Below are positions 23,932 through 37,632 of a DNA stretch of 64,000 bases, one piece after another. The first letter of the stretch is position 1; each line of letters starts with the position of its first letter. Under the pieces are notes generated by a model. That model did no database searches and was not told the origin of the DNA. It was given only the letters and a program-made list of their open reading frames with translations. Source of the stretch: Narcine bancroftii (Eukaryota); assembly GCF_036971445.1 (NCBI RefSeq), contig NC_091471.1, positions 100,130,001 through 100,194,000 of the forward strand. The letters are read 5' to 3'. Position numbers and translations under genes: made by a program.

Positions 23932-26900
23932 ATGTTTTTCAAGATGGCGTCAGAGAGAAAATAGGTAATGAGCAGAGCTCATCAGAAGAAAGAAGGAAAA
24001 AGAGAGAAAAAAGAACTCCTTGAAAAAACATAAAGAAAACATTGAAGAAATAATTTTTTAAAAACCAAGAGAGAATGGGAAGAAAGAATAAAGCAAAGAA
24101 TCAAGCTAGAGGAGAAAATTGGAACAGATCACCTCGTGTTGGAAGGGAAAAGGAGTTCGACCTCTGGCCCACGCAGACATTGGCAGCAACAGTGGTGGGA
24201 ATGGAGGCTTTGACCATCCTGCAGGTCAAAAACTAACCAGGTAGGTTGAATGAGGTCAGCATGACAGAAACAGGAGTACAAGGGGGTCTGGAGAAGAACT
24301 CGAGTGTGGAGGAAGGAACACCATCGGGAACATCGTCGAGTGACCACAGAGTGGTGAGGGCCATGAGAGAGGAGGTGGGAGTGCTAACAGGTGACCACAA
24401 AGTATGGAAGGCTGCAACCGAGGAGACAGGAGCTCCATCGGACGACCACAGAGGGTGGAGGGTTGTGAGCGAGGAGGTGGGAGCACTGTCGGGTAATCAC
24501 AGATGTAGGAGGGCCACGAGCGAGGAGGTGGGAGCATTGTTGGGTGACCATGGAGTGTGGAGGGCTGCGACCGAGGAGGTGGAAATGCTGATGGGTGACC
24601 ACGAAGATGTGGCAGAGGCCAGTGGGCATCTCAACTGACTTGGGCCCGGAGGGGCAGTGAAGGTGGCAAGAACAACAAGGAAGAGGAATAAAAGGCACTC
24701 ACCTGGTAGGGCAAATCCATGCAGGGGCCAGGAGGTGGAGGTGGTGATGGGCACGCGAGGCATCAGGGATGACAGACTGCAGGACCAGGGAGGAGTTGGG
24801 ATGCCAAGGACAGCAGGGAAGGCAAGGGCAACATTAGTCCAAAGACTTCGGAGGAAAGAAGAGGAACAAAAGATAAAGGCAGGGAGGAAGAAAGTCAAAG
24901 GAAAAGGGAGGAAGAGGGCTCAGCGGCCTCTGCCAGAGACATTATGGATGAACGTTGGTTTTAAAAGACTGGTGGCAAGCCAGAATGCCATCAAAGAGAA
25001 ACTAGATAATCTAACCAACAGGGTGGAAGTAACAGAAGAAAGAAAAGAAAGAATAGAAGAAAGTCTGGAAAAAAGGGAAGGAGAGATGGACATATGGGAG
25101 AATGAAAAAGAAAGAATATGGGAGAAAATTTCAACAGGAGAAATAATATTAAAATCGTGGGGGTGAAGGAGGGCACGGAGGAAAGAGACCTGGTGGGGTT
25201 CTTCAAAACGTGGATTCCTGAGGTGTTGGGCAGGGATAAAATTGGAAATGATCTGGAGATAGCGTGGGCCCATCAGTCTTTTGCCCCCCCAAATAGATTC
25301 AAATCAGCGACCCCAATCTGTCCTGGTTAGGTTCCTTTGCTACCAGGACAAAGAGAGTTTAAAGGGCTGTGGCAAGGGAAGCAAAGGAGAGAGGGGCTCT
25401 GGTGGAATATGGAGGAGTGAGAGCCTCTTTTACCTGGATGTAAGTGCAGCACTTGTAAGGTGCAGGAGGGAATTCAACCAGGTGAAAAAATATCTTAGGA
25501 TAAAATAGGACTGAGTTTATCCTCCTTCACCTTGCAACACTGAAAATATTTTGGGCAGGAAGGTAGAAAAAGTTTTTTTACAGGCCCTCAGAAGACATTG
25601 CTTTATGTGGAAAACCTATTGCCCTTCCAGGGGTAAATTTAAATAAGGGGAACAGGAAAAGGGGGAATTGGGGGAAATATTGATTGTATATATTGTAAAT
25701 GGTATGATTATGATGGGTATATTTCATTATGGTCAACTGTGTTATTGCCTAAAGGAGAATAGCTAAGTTAAAAGAAGAATTATTATGGGGAGCTCAAAGG
25801 GGAGAGACTAGGGTAAGTGTGAGATGCATGCATTGGGCATGCCCCAAAATGGCAGGGGAGTTGGCACCAATATTTCGGGCATTGGCGCCAAGAAAGGTAG
25901 GGGTTGATTGGGGGGAGAAGGGCAAGGGAAAGGATTAGTTGGGGTACTTTTTGTATTACTTTGAATTGTTTGTTCCAGTCTTTTTAGATCATTTAGGTTT
26001 TGTTTGGAGCAACATTGTCACGCCATAACTTTGGTGGGCAGTCAACTGCGTTAAAATGAAGGTGATGCCAAGGCTACAATATCTATTTCAGTTGTTACCC
26101 ATTCCATTGCCCCAGGGTTTAAGAGGCTCAGTGGGTGTGTCAGAAAGTTCCTGTGGAATGGTAAAGTGGGCAGAATCTCCACAGAAACATTGACAGGATT
26201 ACAAATTGGGGGGGGGGGGGGGGGCGGTTTAGAATTGTTAGATTTCAAAAAAAATTATTGGGCGGCCCAGGTGAGATTTATTGCCTCACTCTTTGAGGAA
26301 GGGGACCCTCCTTCCAGGGCACAAATTGGACTGCATGCAATAGGTGAAAAGATAACAGGACAGTTTATATATAAATTGGACACTAAATTAATTTCAAAGC
26401 TTGTACTTCTGACATGGCAAAGAATAAATCAATATATTGGATTGAAGATAGGGATATCTCTCAAAATGCCCTTGACCCAGAACAACCTAATACCCATGAC
26501 TGTGGAAGATAAGATCCTGGACACCTGGTACCAGAAAGGGGTCAGGTGTATCGAGATTGTTGCAAGTGAGGGGCAGCTCATGTCATTTAAACAATTAAGG
26601 AATAAATATGATTTGTCTAATAGAACATTCTTCTGCTATCTGTAACTAAGATCTTCTTTGAGGGACAAATTGGGACCATCCATGACTCTGCTTATGTGCA
26701 GTGACATGGAAATTCTAATTCGAAGGGGGAATGTGAGTAAATTTATAACCATTTTATATTCCAAAGTGAGAGCCTGAAGCTGGGTTTTACAAAGGTTGAG
26801 GGAGAGGAGCTTGGGCACAAAATCCACGAGCGGTGCTGGTCAGATCTGTGTCTGGACAGTATGGCTGCTGTTATTTATGGCAGGTACAGGTTGGTGCAAT

Positions 26901-27752
26901 ACAACTTCCCACATCAACTGTACCTCACACCACAAAAATTACATAAATCTAAAATTGAAATCTCAGAAATGTTCTTTAGGTATGGTGTGGAGATTGGAAC
27001 TTTTATCCACTCAACCTGGCTGTGCACAAAGGAGAGATCCTTCTGAGAGGACCTGGGGGACATTCTGAAAAAAATTACAAAGGTGAATTTTCCACAAGAT
27101 CTGGAATTGTACCTTTTGGGAAACATTATGGACGTGTTTTAGACTGTCCAAATACCAAATTCATTTTGTGAAGGTCACCTTGTCCATAGCCAGGAAATGT
27201 TTAGTGGTCATGTGGAAGTCCAATTCCCTGCTAAGTATTACACAATGGACTAAGGAAATGCCGAGTTGCATTCCCATGGAGAAAATCACATATAATTTAA
27301 GGAGGAAATATGACACCATCATTACAGTATGGCAATCTTATCTGCAGTATATGGGTCTGTAGATATGATTATCCCCCTTCGGAACAAGGTTACTGAAACA
27401 ATCCGCCCCAACATAGAAATAATTGGGATCAATGATATGTGATGTGGAGCAGGCAATGTGCTCTGTTAGTAATTTTTTCTTCTTATTCCTTACCTTTGAT
27501 TATCCAGTAATCTTGGAGGTTTTTCTTCTCTCTCCTAGGTTTTACTAGGTCATTGACTCCAATGGTAGTTAGGTTTTTATCTTATCTGTATAACTTATAT
27601 GACTATTCTTAGTTGTACTGGGGCAAGGGGGTGGGAAAGGAGTGGGGCATGGGATAAAAATGGACTCTGGATGTTATACTGGTGTTGGAAGAGATTGCAT
27701 TGTATGTTTGAATTTACATGAGTCTGTGAAATCAACAATATTCAAACAAAAA
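23932..27752 (+). mobile_element. L1-clade LINE with both ends, ORF2 EN/RT missing
   Basis: 5' CAAGATGGCG motif; ORF1 remnants (ENFNRRNNIKIVGVKEG; RPQSVLVRFL); ORF2 C-terminal part only from ~26020; A-rich tail. TSD AAGAAC(A/C)AGCTGC at 23919-23931 and 27753-27765. Confidence 0.88.
24338..24615 (+). repeat. 51-bp (17-codon) tandem repeat, ~5.5 copies, in the L1 5'/ORF1 region
   Basis: Recurring G.GTGACCAC..GAGGAGGTGGGAG; translates as GDHxVWRAxxEEVGAL. Confidence 0.85.
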
Positions 27753-27969
27753 AAGAACCAGCTGCTTAGAGCAGGAAAAGGATACTCTTATACTGAGAAC
27801 AGATGTACTAAAACGTACTTCTTATACATATAACCTCATGCATTTTAAGCAGGAGGATGAGAGTTTATTGAAACACACATTAGTACAATGAACAGATACA
27901 CTGCGATTCTTGCTTGCTGCAGACACATAGGTTTGTAAGTTACACCAACAACAAGAGTATAAATTCATT

Positions 27970-30900
27970 TACCAGAATATGCCAGGACAGGAAAAGAGAT
28001 AATAAATATATAAGGATAGGAACAGCTGTTATTGGGCAAGCCTGCAACTGACATTTGGGAATCATTTAAGGACCAACAAATTGAGGTGCAGGGCTGGCAT
28101 GTACCAGTAAGGATGAAGGACAGGAATGGGAAAGAAAACAGGACCTTGAATGAACAGGTCATGAATTTAGTCATAAAGTAAAAGGAAGCACATGTAAGGC
28201 TCAGGAAGCTACAATCAGAGAGAACCCTTGAGGAATATAAAGGTTGCATGAAGGAGGTCAAGCAAGGCATTAGGAAGGCTAAAAGGAATCGTGAAATGCC
28301 TTTAATGAGCAGAGAGAATATTTAACATCACATGTGAGTGGGGAAAAAAAATTGAGAACCACTGCTCTTGTAAGTTACAGAGCTTTACCACTTGAACATG
28401 TAAAGGGAAAGCCATGTTTGACGAAATTTGTTGAGTTTTTAGAGGAGGTGACAAAAAAAGTGGATGAAGGTAGGATGGTTGATGTGATCTATTTGGATTT
28501 TAGTAAGACTTCTGATAAGGTTCTGCATGGAAGGTTAATAAGGAAGGTTCAGTCACTAGAGATTAATAGAGAGATAGTGACATGGATTCAGAGATGGCTG
28601 GAAGATAGACAGCAGAAAGTCATGGTAGACAACTGTCTGTCAGGTTGGAAGCCTGTGACAAGTGGGGTGCCTCAGGGATTAGTGCTGGGTCCTTTGTTGT
28701 TTATCATTTATATTAATGATTTGGAAGAGGGTATGGTTAACTGGGTAAGCAAATATGCAGATGATATGAAAATAGGGGGAGCAGTGAATAGTGAGGAAGG
28801 TTTTCTTGGATTACAGAAGGATTTGGTTTGTTTGGAAGAGTGGGCTGAAAGATGGCAGATGGAATTTAATGTCGACAAGTACAAGGTGCTGCATTTCTGA
28901 AAAAAATAACCAAAATAGGACTAATGCAGTTAAGGGGAGGGGATTGAGGTACAAAGTGGAACAGAGGGACCTGGGGTTATGGTACACAGTTCATTGAAGG
29001 TGGATTCCCATGTAGAAAGGGAGGTTAAGAAGGCATATGGTTCAATACATATCCATTTACTGTTACCTTCGCCAATGGTCCATTGGATTAAATGTTTTAA
29101 TCCAATTAATATATTTTTCTGGTAGATTAAATCTCTGTAGTACTTTGAACAAATAATTTCATTCTACCTTATCAAAGGCTTTTTCTGCATATAAAGCTAC
29201 AGCCACTGTTGGCTTCTTATTTCCTTGAACTGCATGAATTAGATTAATACATTTACAGACATTATCCGCTGTTCGTCTTTTCTTAATAAATCCAGTTTGA
29301 TCTTGTTTTACGATTTTTGGTACACAGTCGGCCAATCTGTTTGCTAATAATTTTGCTATTATCTTATAATTTGAATTAAGTAGAGATATTGGTCTATATG
29401 ATGCTGGTGTTAGTGGATCCGTCCCCATCTTTGGTATTACTGTAATTATTGCTGTCTTACATGAATCTGCCAAGTTTTGTGTTTCTTCTATCTGGTTCAT
29501 TACTTCCAGGAGAGGAGGAATTGAAAACTCTTTAAATGTTTTATAGAATTCTATTGGGAATCCATCCTCTCCAGGTGTTTTATTGTTCAGCAGCTTTTTA
29601 AATATATCCTGTACTCCCTCTATTTCAAATGGATTTATCAGTTTGTTTTGTTCCTCATCTTGCAATTTCGGCAGTTCAATTTTAACTAAAAACTCTTCTA
29701 TTTTATCATCTTTCCCCTCATTCTCAGTTTGGTATAATTGTTCATAAAATTCCTTAAAGTTCTCATTGGAATATAATCCATTGGATTATTTGTAATTTGT
29801 TTGTCCTTTTTCCTTGATGCCAATAGAGTTCTTTTAGCTTGTTCTGTTTTAAGTTTCCAGGCTAATATTTTGTGTGTTTTTTCTCCTAGCTCATAATACT
29901 TTTGCTTTATTTTCATTATGTTCTTCTCCACCTTAATCATTTGTAATGTTTCATATTTAATTTTTTTGACCACCAACTCTCTTCTTTTTGTTATATTGTC
30001 CCTTGTTGCTAGTTCTTTTTCTGTACTTGCTATCTCCCTTTCCAACTGTTCTATTTCCTGATTGTAGTCCTTTTTCATCTTAGTTACATAATTTATTATC
30101 TGCCCTCTAATGAAAGCTTTCATTGCATCCCATAATATAAATTTGTCTTACACTGATTCGGTATTTATTTCAAAAGACATTTTAATTTGGCATTCAATAA
30201 ATTCTCTAAATTCCTGCCTTTTAAGTAGCATGGAGTTTAACCTCCATAAAGCTCACCAGTATTGCATCATTTACTCAATGTATGGAAGAAGATTCACTTA
30301 TAAAGGAAAAAAAAACAAATTACCAAATACCAAAATTGTTATTGATGCAAAATCAGCTAATCCCCTTTACAATAGTTAATCTTTCATTTAGAGAATGGGA
30401 AAGAAAAGGAATTAAAAGAATAGAAAATTGTTTTTTGGGAAATAATTTATTAACATTTGAACAAATGAAGTACAAATATGGAAAAACTCATGTACAATGT
30501 TTGCATACTGAAAGCCTACTTAAAGGATAAATTGGGAAACAGACTGAGATTACCGGAAGGAAGCAGCTTTGAATATGTGATAATAAAAATATTTATAATG
30601 AACATGTACATCAAGCTGCAAGAGATGGAAAATGATGAAATAAGCTATAAATCCAAACAAAAGTGGGAAAAAGATTTAAACATAAAGATAAAAAAAGAAA
30701 CATGGGAAAAGTTTGGAACTATGAAGAATATAATAAACACAAGGTTACGCATGAAACAGTATAATTGGTTACACAGGTTATATATCACGCCCCAAAAGTT
30801 TTAAAAAATGCGATCCAAGATTATCAAATAGATGTTTTTGCTGTAAGAAGGAAATGGGAACAACAGTACATGCTATTTGGGCATGTGAGAAAATGAAAAA

Positions 30901-32160
30901 GTTTTGGGAAGATCTAAATCAGGTATTAAATAAAATCACAAAAACAACATACCAAAAATCCAGAGATCTTTCTTCTAAATAATATAAGTAAGGAATTAGG
31001 CCTCAAACTGGATGAAGTGCAAAAAAGATTTATTATGATAATCTCAGCTGTAGCAAAAAAATGTATAATGTCAACTTGGAAATCAGAAGAGAGCCTGAGA
31101 GTACAGCAATGGCACATGGAAATGAATAAATGTATTCCATTGGAAAAAATAACATATAATTTAAAAAATAAAGTCACATTATTTGAACAAATTTGGAACC
31201 GTACATGGCACATAACAGAGAGGGCTTGCCTTGGACCTCCACCCCCTAAAATGATAAGAAGACAAAATGACTTGATCCAGTGTGTAAAAGTAGATGACAC
31301 ATTTTTCTTGTTCATTTTCATTGTGTGATGACATTGTTTAATGGTTTTATTATACTGTATATGTTGAACATTTAATGGGTTTGGAGGGGGGTGGGAAGGG
31401 GGAGGGAAGGTAGGGGGGAATAAAGGGGAGAAAATGCCACTGTGTATATTTAAGAGGGAAATGTTTGTATGTTTTTTGATTGATATGGTTCACAGTGTGA
31501 AAACAAATTACGAAGGCATATGGTATGGTTGCCTTCATAAATCATAGTATTGAGTATAGGAGCTGGGAGGTGATGCTGCGGCTGTTTAAGGCATTGGTGA
31601 TGCCAAGTTTGGAGTATTGTGTCCATTTCTGGTCTCCAAATTATAGAAAGGATATAGATAAGGTGGAGAGGGTGCAGAGAAGATTTACAAGGATGTTGCC
31701 TGGCTTACAGCATCTGGATTACGGAGAAAGAATAAGGACACTGGGACTTTATTCATTGGTACATAGATGGCTGAGAGGGGATTTGATAGAGATATTTAAA
31801 ATTATGCAGGGAATAGATAGACTGGATGTAAATAGACTCTTTTCCCTGAGGGCATGGGAGGTTAGAACAAGAGGGCATATGTTAAGGGTAAGGGGGCAAA
31901 ACTTTAGGAGAAATATTAGAGGATGCTTTTTCAATCAGAGAGTGGTGGCAGAATGGAATGATTTCCAAAAGAGATAGTTGCGGCAGGGTCCCTTCTGTCA
32001 TTTAAGAGTAGGTTGAATGTGTACATGGATGTGAGGGGGTTGGTGGGTTATGGGCAGAGAGTGGGAGGGGGGAGCTGGTGGAGTTGTTCAAGTGAACTGG
32101 CGTGGACTCGAAGGGCCGACATGGACTTTTTCCACATTGTAAATGGTTATATGGTTATAT
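27970..32160 (+). mobile_element. CR1-clade LINE interrupted by an L1
   Basis: RT motifs VDVIYLDFSK, VTSGVPQGLVLGP and SKYADD. Resumes at 31525 (LEYCVHFWSP..ERVQRRFTRMLPG); tail ATGGTTATATGGTTATAT. Confidence 0.9.
29042..31511 (+). mobile_element. L1-clade LINE with 5' inversion
   Basis: - strand ORF2 piece at 29042-~30248 (KTPGEDG, YRPISLLN, AEKAFD), then + strand ORF2 C-terminus and 3' UTR. TSD GAAGGCATATGGT at 29029-29041 and 31512-31524. Confidence 0.9.
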
Positions 32161-32931
32161 GTCACCCACTGAGCTCCTGATGACGTGTAGTCTAGGCACC
32201 ACACTCCTCTTCTTTGCAGACCCAAACAAGAACAAATGGAAACAAAAGCATCTGCAAAGGAGACAAATGTTAGGAGCCCACAGGATCCCAAAACCCAGCA
32301 GCAATAGAAATTCATCAAGACAAATGGTTACTTAAACAAAAGTTGCTTTTAATTATCTTTAAACATGAAAAAGGGATTAAACTTTAAATAATTACTATAA
32401 ACAACCTAACTTAATCCCCTTCTAATTCTAAGTGCACGTATATGTAATGTGTGTATAAGTTCAGAAAAGTTCTTTAATTCACAGTGCAATCTCACTTCTC
32501 ACTCCTTCAAGTTCACTGGTATCAGGCAATTCTTTTACTGTGCACAGAATTGAACATTTATGAATTTCACTAGGCTTTGGTGCATGGTACCCCTCAGGAA
32601 GGTTCTTGTCGGTTTTCAGAGAGAGATTTGTTGCTCATTGGACACTTCAGTTTATCCCTTCCAATCATTCACTTCAGTGTCTTGCTGAAGAAATTTGCCC
32701 CATCAGGGTTTCCAGATGATAACCTCCTTCTTTCAGGTTACACAGAGTTCCTTTTGTTTCCTTTATTTCAAGTGAAACATTATGCAGCCAGCCATCTCCT
32801 CTTGTTTGGTTCACAAGGCTGTTGACCAGACTGAACTAAAAACTCACAACCCATCTTCAAAATGGGTTTATTCTACAAGCCTGCCAGCGTGTTATGTTCC
32901 AGTCCCAACTGTTGCTGCTGAACTGTAGAAC

Positions 32932-32973
<42 letters not shown>

Positions 32974-33905
32974 AAGAGAAAACCATGTGATCCTCTTAGA
33001 ACAGCCAACTGCATTCAGATAGACTGGGACTCCGGACCTAATCTTCAGAATTTGTTCATCTGTTGCTTTCCAAAGAATCCATTACCCCACAGCATATCCA
33101 ATTAACACCTACTTGTGAAGTCCTTATAGGCACTCTTCATAGTTTTTCAAAGGTACCTGGAGCTTGAACTGTCTGGTTGAACAGAGCTCTGGCATTTTAA
33201 ATGAGATCTGTTTTGAAGTGTTTGTATGTGACCTAAACTAAAAATCGTGCCACAATTTATCTCCTTTAAAACAATATAAAATACAACATAATCTGTCACA
33301 CTTCCCCCCTACAAAGGGGGAAACCAACTTTAAAATCACTAAAATGATAACATGTTATCGCAATGTAACCCAATGTTGAGAGTATATCAATTTTAACATC
33401 TTGACAAACAATCTGCTATCACATTATTTGTACCTCTGATATGATTAATTTGCAGATTATATTCTAGTAATATTAAACTCCAGTTTAACAATCTTCTGTT
33501 TTTTTCTTTATTTTATTCAAAAACACCAGAGGATTATGGTCAGTAAGTATCACAATTGGTTCATGAGCAGAACCAAGATATACATCAAAATTCTGCAAAG
33601 CAAATATTATAGACAACAGTTCTTTTTCAATAGTGGAATAGTTCCTTTGATTAACTTGATTTTTTTTTTGGAAAGTAGGCAACTGATGGCAAATTTCATT
33701 ATGTTTTGTAATAAAATTGCACCTGCTTCCCCCTCACTGGCATCTACTGCTAAAAAAAATTGTCTGTCAAAATCAGGAGATTTTAAAAGAGGGTAATGGC
33801 ATAGCATCTCCATTAAATTTTCTAAAAATCTGACAAAATTTAGTCCACACAAATTTCTCTCCTTCAAAAGATTTGTTAAAGGAAGTGAAACTTCAGCAAA
33901 ATTTC
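32160..33905 (-). mobile_element. Gypsy 3' end: RT/RNase H, PPT and ~1.1-kb 3' LTR (Gmr1-like order)
   Basis: LAVDASE, NYSTIEKELL, LTDHNPL, NVIADCLSR then a stop. PPT AGGGGGGAAG abuts TGTGACA at 33300. LTR spans ~32160-33300. Confidence 0.78.
32937..32970 (+). repeat. (CT)n microsatellite inside the LTR
   Basis: Perfect dinucleotide run. Confidence 0.95.
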
Positions 33906-34003
33906 TGGAGAAAACAAATCAAAGATCCTACACTGTCAGAATAGAGGATGGTCAAATACTGAGAAGGAATTGAAAGAGCCTGCTGAAAATGCAAGAGACA
34001 CCA

Positions 34004-34393
34004 TGTTACACTCCTGAAAATGGGGAGAAATAATCATAAAAGTGATCGGGTGATGTTTTCTCAGTGGGAGCGTTCACTTGAATCCAATGATCAAATATAT
34101 ACACAATTTCCAAACAGCATACCAGTTCAGTTACAGTAAAATATATACCCTCTGTAAATTGCAAGGATATACAGTATTTCCCTAAGACATTATTCTCATT
34201 TTCTCTACTGATTCTGTGAAATAATATGTAACTATGGCTCAGTAAACTCTCACAAAAATTGTAGAAGTTCTTAAATACACAACATAACAAAAACTTTCAA
34301 ATACATTTACTTATGTGTACATTTGACGTAGCCACATGGCGGAATCACTCGACACAGCTATGGATGGCACTCTTCTAACACGCCGGGGCTTTG

Positions 34394-34478
<85 letters not shown>

Positions 34479-36180
34479 GGTCATACTCGGCAAAACTGTA
34501 CTTTAACTAACTCAAAATGTTAAATCAACATTCCCTTGACACTCAAAACATCTTAATGCATTATCGCAACCACTCTACCAGTGTGGAATACCTGCAACAT
34601 TCCTGAAAATGGGGAGAAATAATCACAAGAGTGATCGGGTGATGTTTCCTCAGTGGGAGTGTTTACTCGAATGAAGGACATACCGCAATTCCACCTGGGT
34701 AATGTGGGCGGAGGCACTATAATACTATTATGGTTCCATTCTTACGAATAGAGAATTTAATAAAGAATGAATGAATTAAAATATTTTGGCATTTTAATGA
34801 GTTTCTATTATTTTAGGCACCTTTTGAACACATCTTATAAACATCTTTCAAGTACATTCCTTTTAAGCACATTTTTACCCTTATCACAGCATTTTCACCT
34901 TATGACAGATCATGAATTTACTATCTTTTAAACGTCACACAAAGCTAGGACAAAAGTTTCCCCTGGACTGTTAACAGAGATACAAGAGCTGAAGGCAAGT
35001 GTATCTTCCTTAAAAGGACTCAGTTCAGAGATAGCCCAAATTAAAAGGACCCTACGGTAGACTAAGTCTCAGCCACAGTGCTATGCCCCATTTGCAGGTA
35101 GGCCAGATAGAGACCTCCAGCCATGTTTCACCACAGCAGTACTACAACAGGTACAGTCAGCCTCAAATACCTACTCCAATGCAGTCCCAGTATGAACCTA
35201 ATCAGTATTCCAGCACGCTGTCCATGCTCCACGAAGATGTTTTGTCTGCCACAGACAGGAGTGAATGAACGCTGCATGCAGTGCTGCTGATGTGGAAGTG
35301 GAGAACATTTGCAAGTTGGTTGCAAAATCAGAGTAATTAGACCATCTAGGGAAGCTCCTTTAAAAGGGAAATGGTTATCACCATGCCTTGACTAGCAAAG
35401 ACCAGAAATGAACAAATTGTGACAGTATAGGCTCACCTGATGAACTGAAACCATGCTCATCCTGTAAAGAGATACTTTATTATTCCGAAACATGTCAAAA
35501 CCAAAACTGGGCTGAACAGAAAAGAAAATGCACTCATTTGTTGAATGCCAGTGAAAAGTTGTTCTGTACAGAGAAAAATGCTCACACGCCACCCCTTCTA
35601 GCTCGAGTGGACCATCCCCACAAATTCACCTTGCTAATTGACAGGCACTGTTTTGTTGAACTTTGCCTGAATTGGCCACTAACTGCAAGCTCTAAGGGAC
35701 ACAGGTCCTAAGGTGGTGATAATCGATGAAAGATGGAAAGAGGAACACCTGCCAACCACAAGGCTGAGGGATGTTTCAGAGATCATTTACTCACCTGATG
35801 GTTTAACATTGACTGCCGCCAACGGAACTGAAATGGATTGAAATGACTTTGCGGCTATCTGCTGGAACTGACCAAGCAGAAGAATTGATCATTCCAGTGC
35901 TTGTAATGAAAGGATGGCACCTGTCTCATCCCATGATAGGTTTCAATGTTATTGAACACATCCTGACAATGACTGAAAAGACTAAACAGTATAGCACTGT
36001 GAAGGAAGCCTTCTCAGATCTCAAAAGGAATAAGGTGAGAGCTTTTATACAGGCTGTGAGAGCTGAGCAGGTAGATGAGTATACAGTGGAAACAATGAAA
36101 AAGGAGATCGTAGTTCCAAAGCACAGTGGCATTCAAATTAACTGTCAGGTAGCTGCACAGCCCTTTAAGGAGCTGTCATT
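34004..36180 (+). mobile_element. Decayed Gypsy 5' part (probable LTR, gag, protease)
   Basis: Starts TGTTACA. Cys-rich gag knuckle remnant ~35235-35325 (CFVC..CGSGEH), protease-like DTG ~35700, and FSDLKRNKVRAFIQAV region. Confidence 0.55.
34396..34476 (+). repeat. (CA)~40 microsatellite
   Basis: Perfect dinucleotide run. Confidence 0.98.
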
Positions 36181-37632
36181 ATTACCCAACAACAATGATG
36201 CTTCGAATTACTTGGATCATCTGCTTGCTCTATGAACCCGTGCGTTTGTTTTTGATGCTGGTGGTGTTTTTATAGTCGCTGCTTTTTTCAAATTTTCTGG
36301 CGTTTTAGCTACAATGTTGTGGTAATTAGTATTTGAGAACCTATATTGATAATATTTTTGAAAATGAGGTAGTAATTAAAAGAAACTAAGTCAGTGAAAT
36401 ATATTTAGGCTGTGCGTATGACATTGTAATTTAAAGGTGTAATTTCTCTCACGACTATTGCCATTAGATTCAGCAATATACAGGAATTACGATTTACGAG
36501 TAACATTAGAACCAATTCTGTATGGACTGATATGGGAGGAGGTCCATGGGTGGGGGAGGGGTGAGGGGCGGGTTTACCACACTGGATGACACCAACACTA
36601 CTTAGTGATTCCACTGAATCAGTGCACACAAGTTGAGCAGTGTATTTGCAACCCTTTGTGAGACCAAAGATAAAACAAAAATACACTGTCTCTGTCAAAT
36701 CCAATAATTAAGTTAGAAGTTCAGCAGCTCTTGCCTTCCATCATGACTTCCGTCATAGACCACAAACATTACTCCATCCTTCTTGAAAACCTGCAATGAT
36801 TTGAATAATAGTAGAGAAATGCTATATTTTTATTAATGTCTTTTCACACATCTAGACTTCTTACATAAACAATGCTTGGTTTTAGACCCAGATATCACTC
36901 AAAATAACAGTATGAAAATAATATGTATCATGTAAAAAAAAACAGAAATATGGGAGGAAAATGACCCTCCAAATTGTTACTCTGGACAAGAGGTGTTTTC
37001 TGCTCTTCTTCCACTAACTTCATGAAAATGCATTTCCTCCCCACAATTTCTGTGAGTTTACTGGATGTGTAGATTAAATATTCAATGTACTCATTACACT
37101 AAGATAATTAGCAGTGCATGTATGCTTTGTCTAATTGTTATTGACTGCAAATGAACATATTTCCAAGAAAAGATTAGATAGAAGTTTGTATTCTCACATC
37201 TTCAAGATGTGGACTGCCACTAAAATGCCTTTCATTCCTTTTTTTACTTTTCTATTTCTCCCTCAATTTAATCTTTAATTCCATCCCTTCACATGTTTAC
37301 TGACCTCATGAGTTTATGGAGTTAATTTCTGTTTAGTTCATAATTCTTAAACCTCTTTGATTCAGAGATAAACAAAGATTCTGTTGTTCTGTTGTCGATA
37401 TCAAACTTATTGTGGAACTTCATGAGCATACTTTTTTGAACGAAAAGTTGCAGGAATGTAATGTTACAAGTAATGTTGATCCAGCAAATTGCTATAAGAT
37501 ATTTGTCTTCTACTGTTCACAGAAAATAGATATGTAGTTATGGTAACTCAGCTTCCAATTCCAGCAAAAAAAATTTGAACTTCAAAAATGAAATTTGCTT
37601 TACCTTGTAATTCTAAACACAATACTGTAGAT

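Noticed and set aside
24338-24615. Regularly spaced repeats resembling a CRISPR array
   Set aside because: The units are contiguous and degenerate with no unique spacers, and they lie inside an L1 in eukaryotic DNA with no cas genes.
24657-25166. 169-aa basic ORF as a novel gene
   Set aside because: It is a frameshifted piece of L1 ORF1 leading into RRNNIKIVG.
26207-26225. Long G run as a functional G-quadruplex or poly-Gly
   Set aside because: It is a homopolymer expansion at the GGL motif of a dead L1 ORF2 and may be a sequencing artefact.
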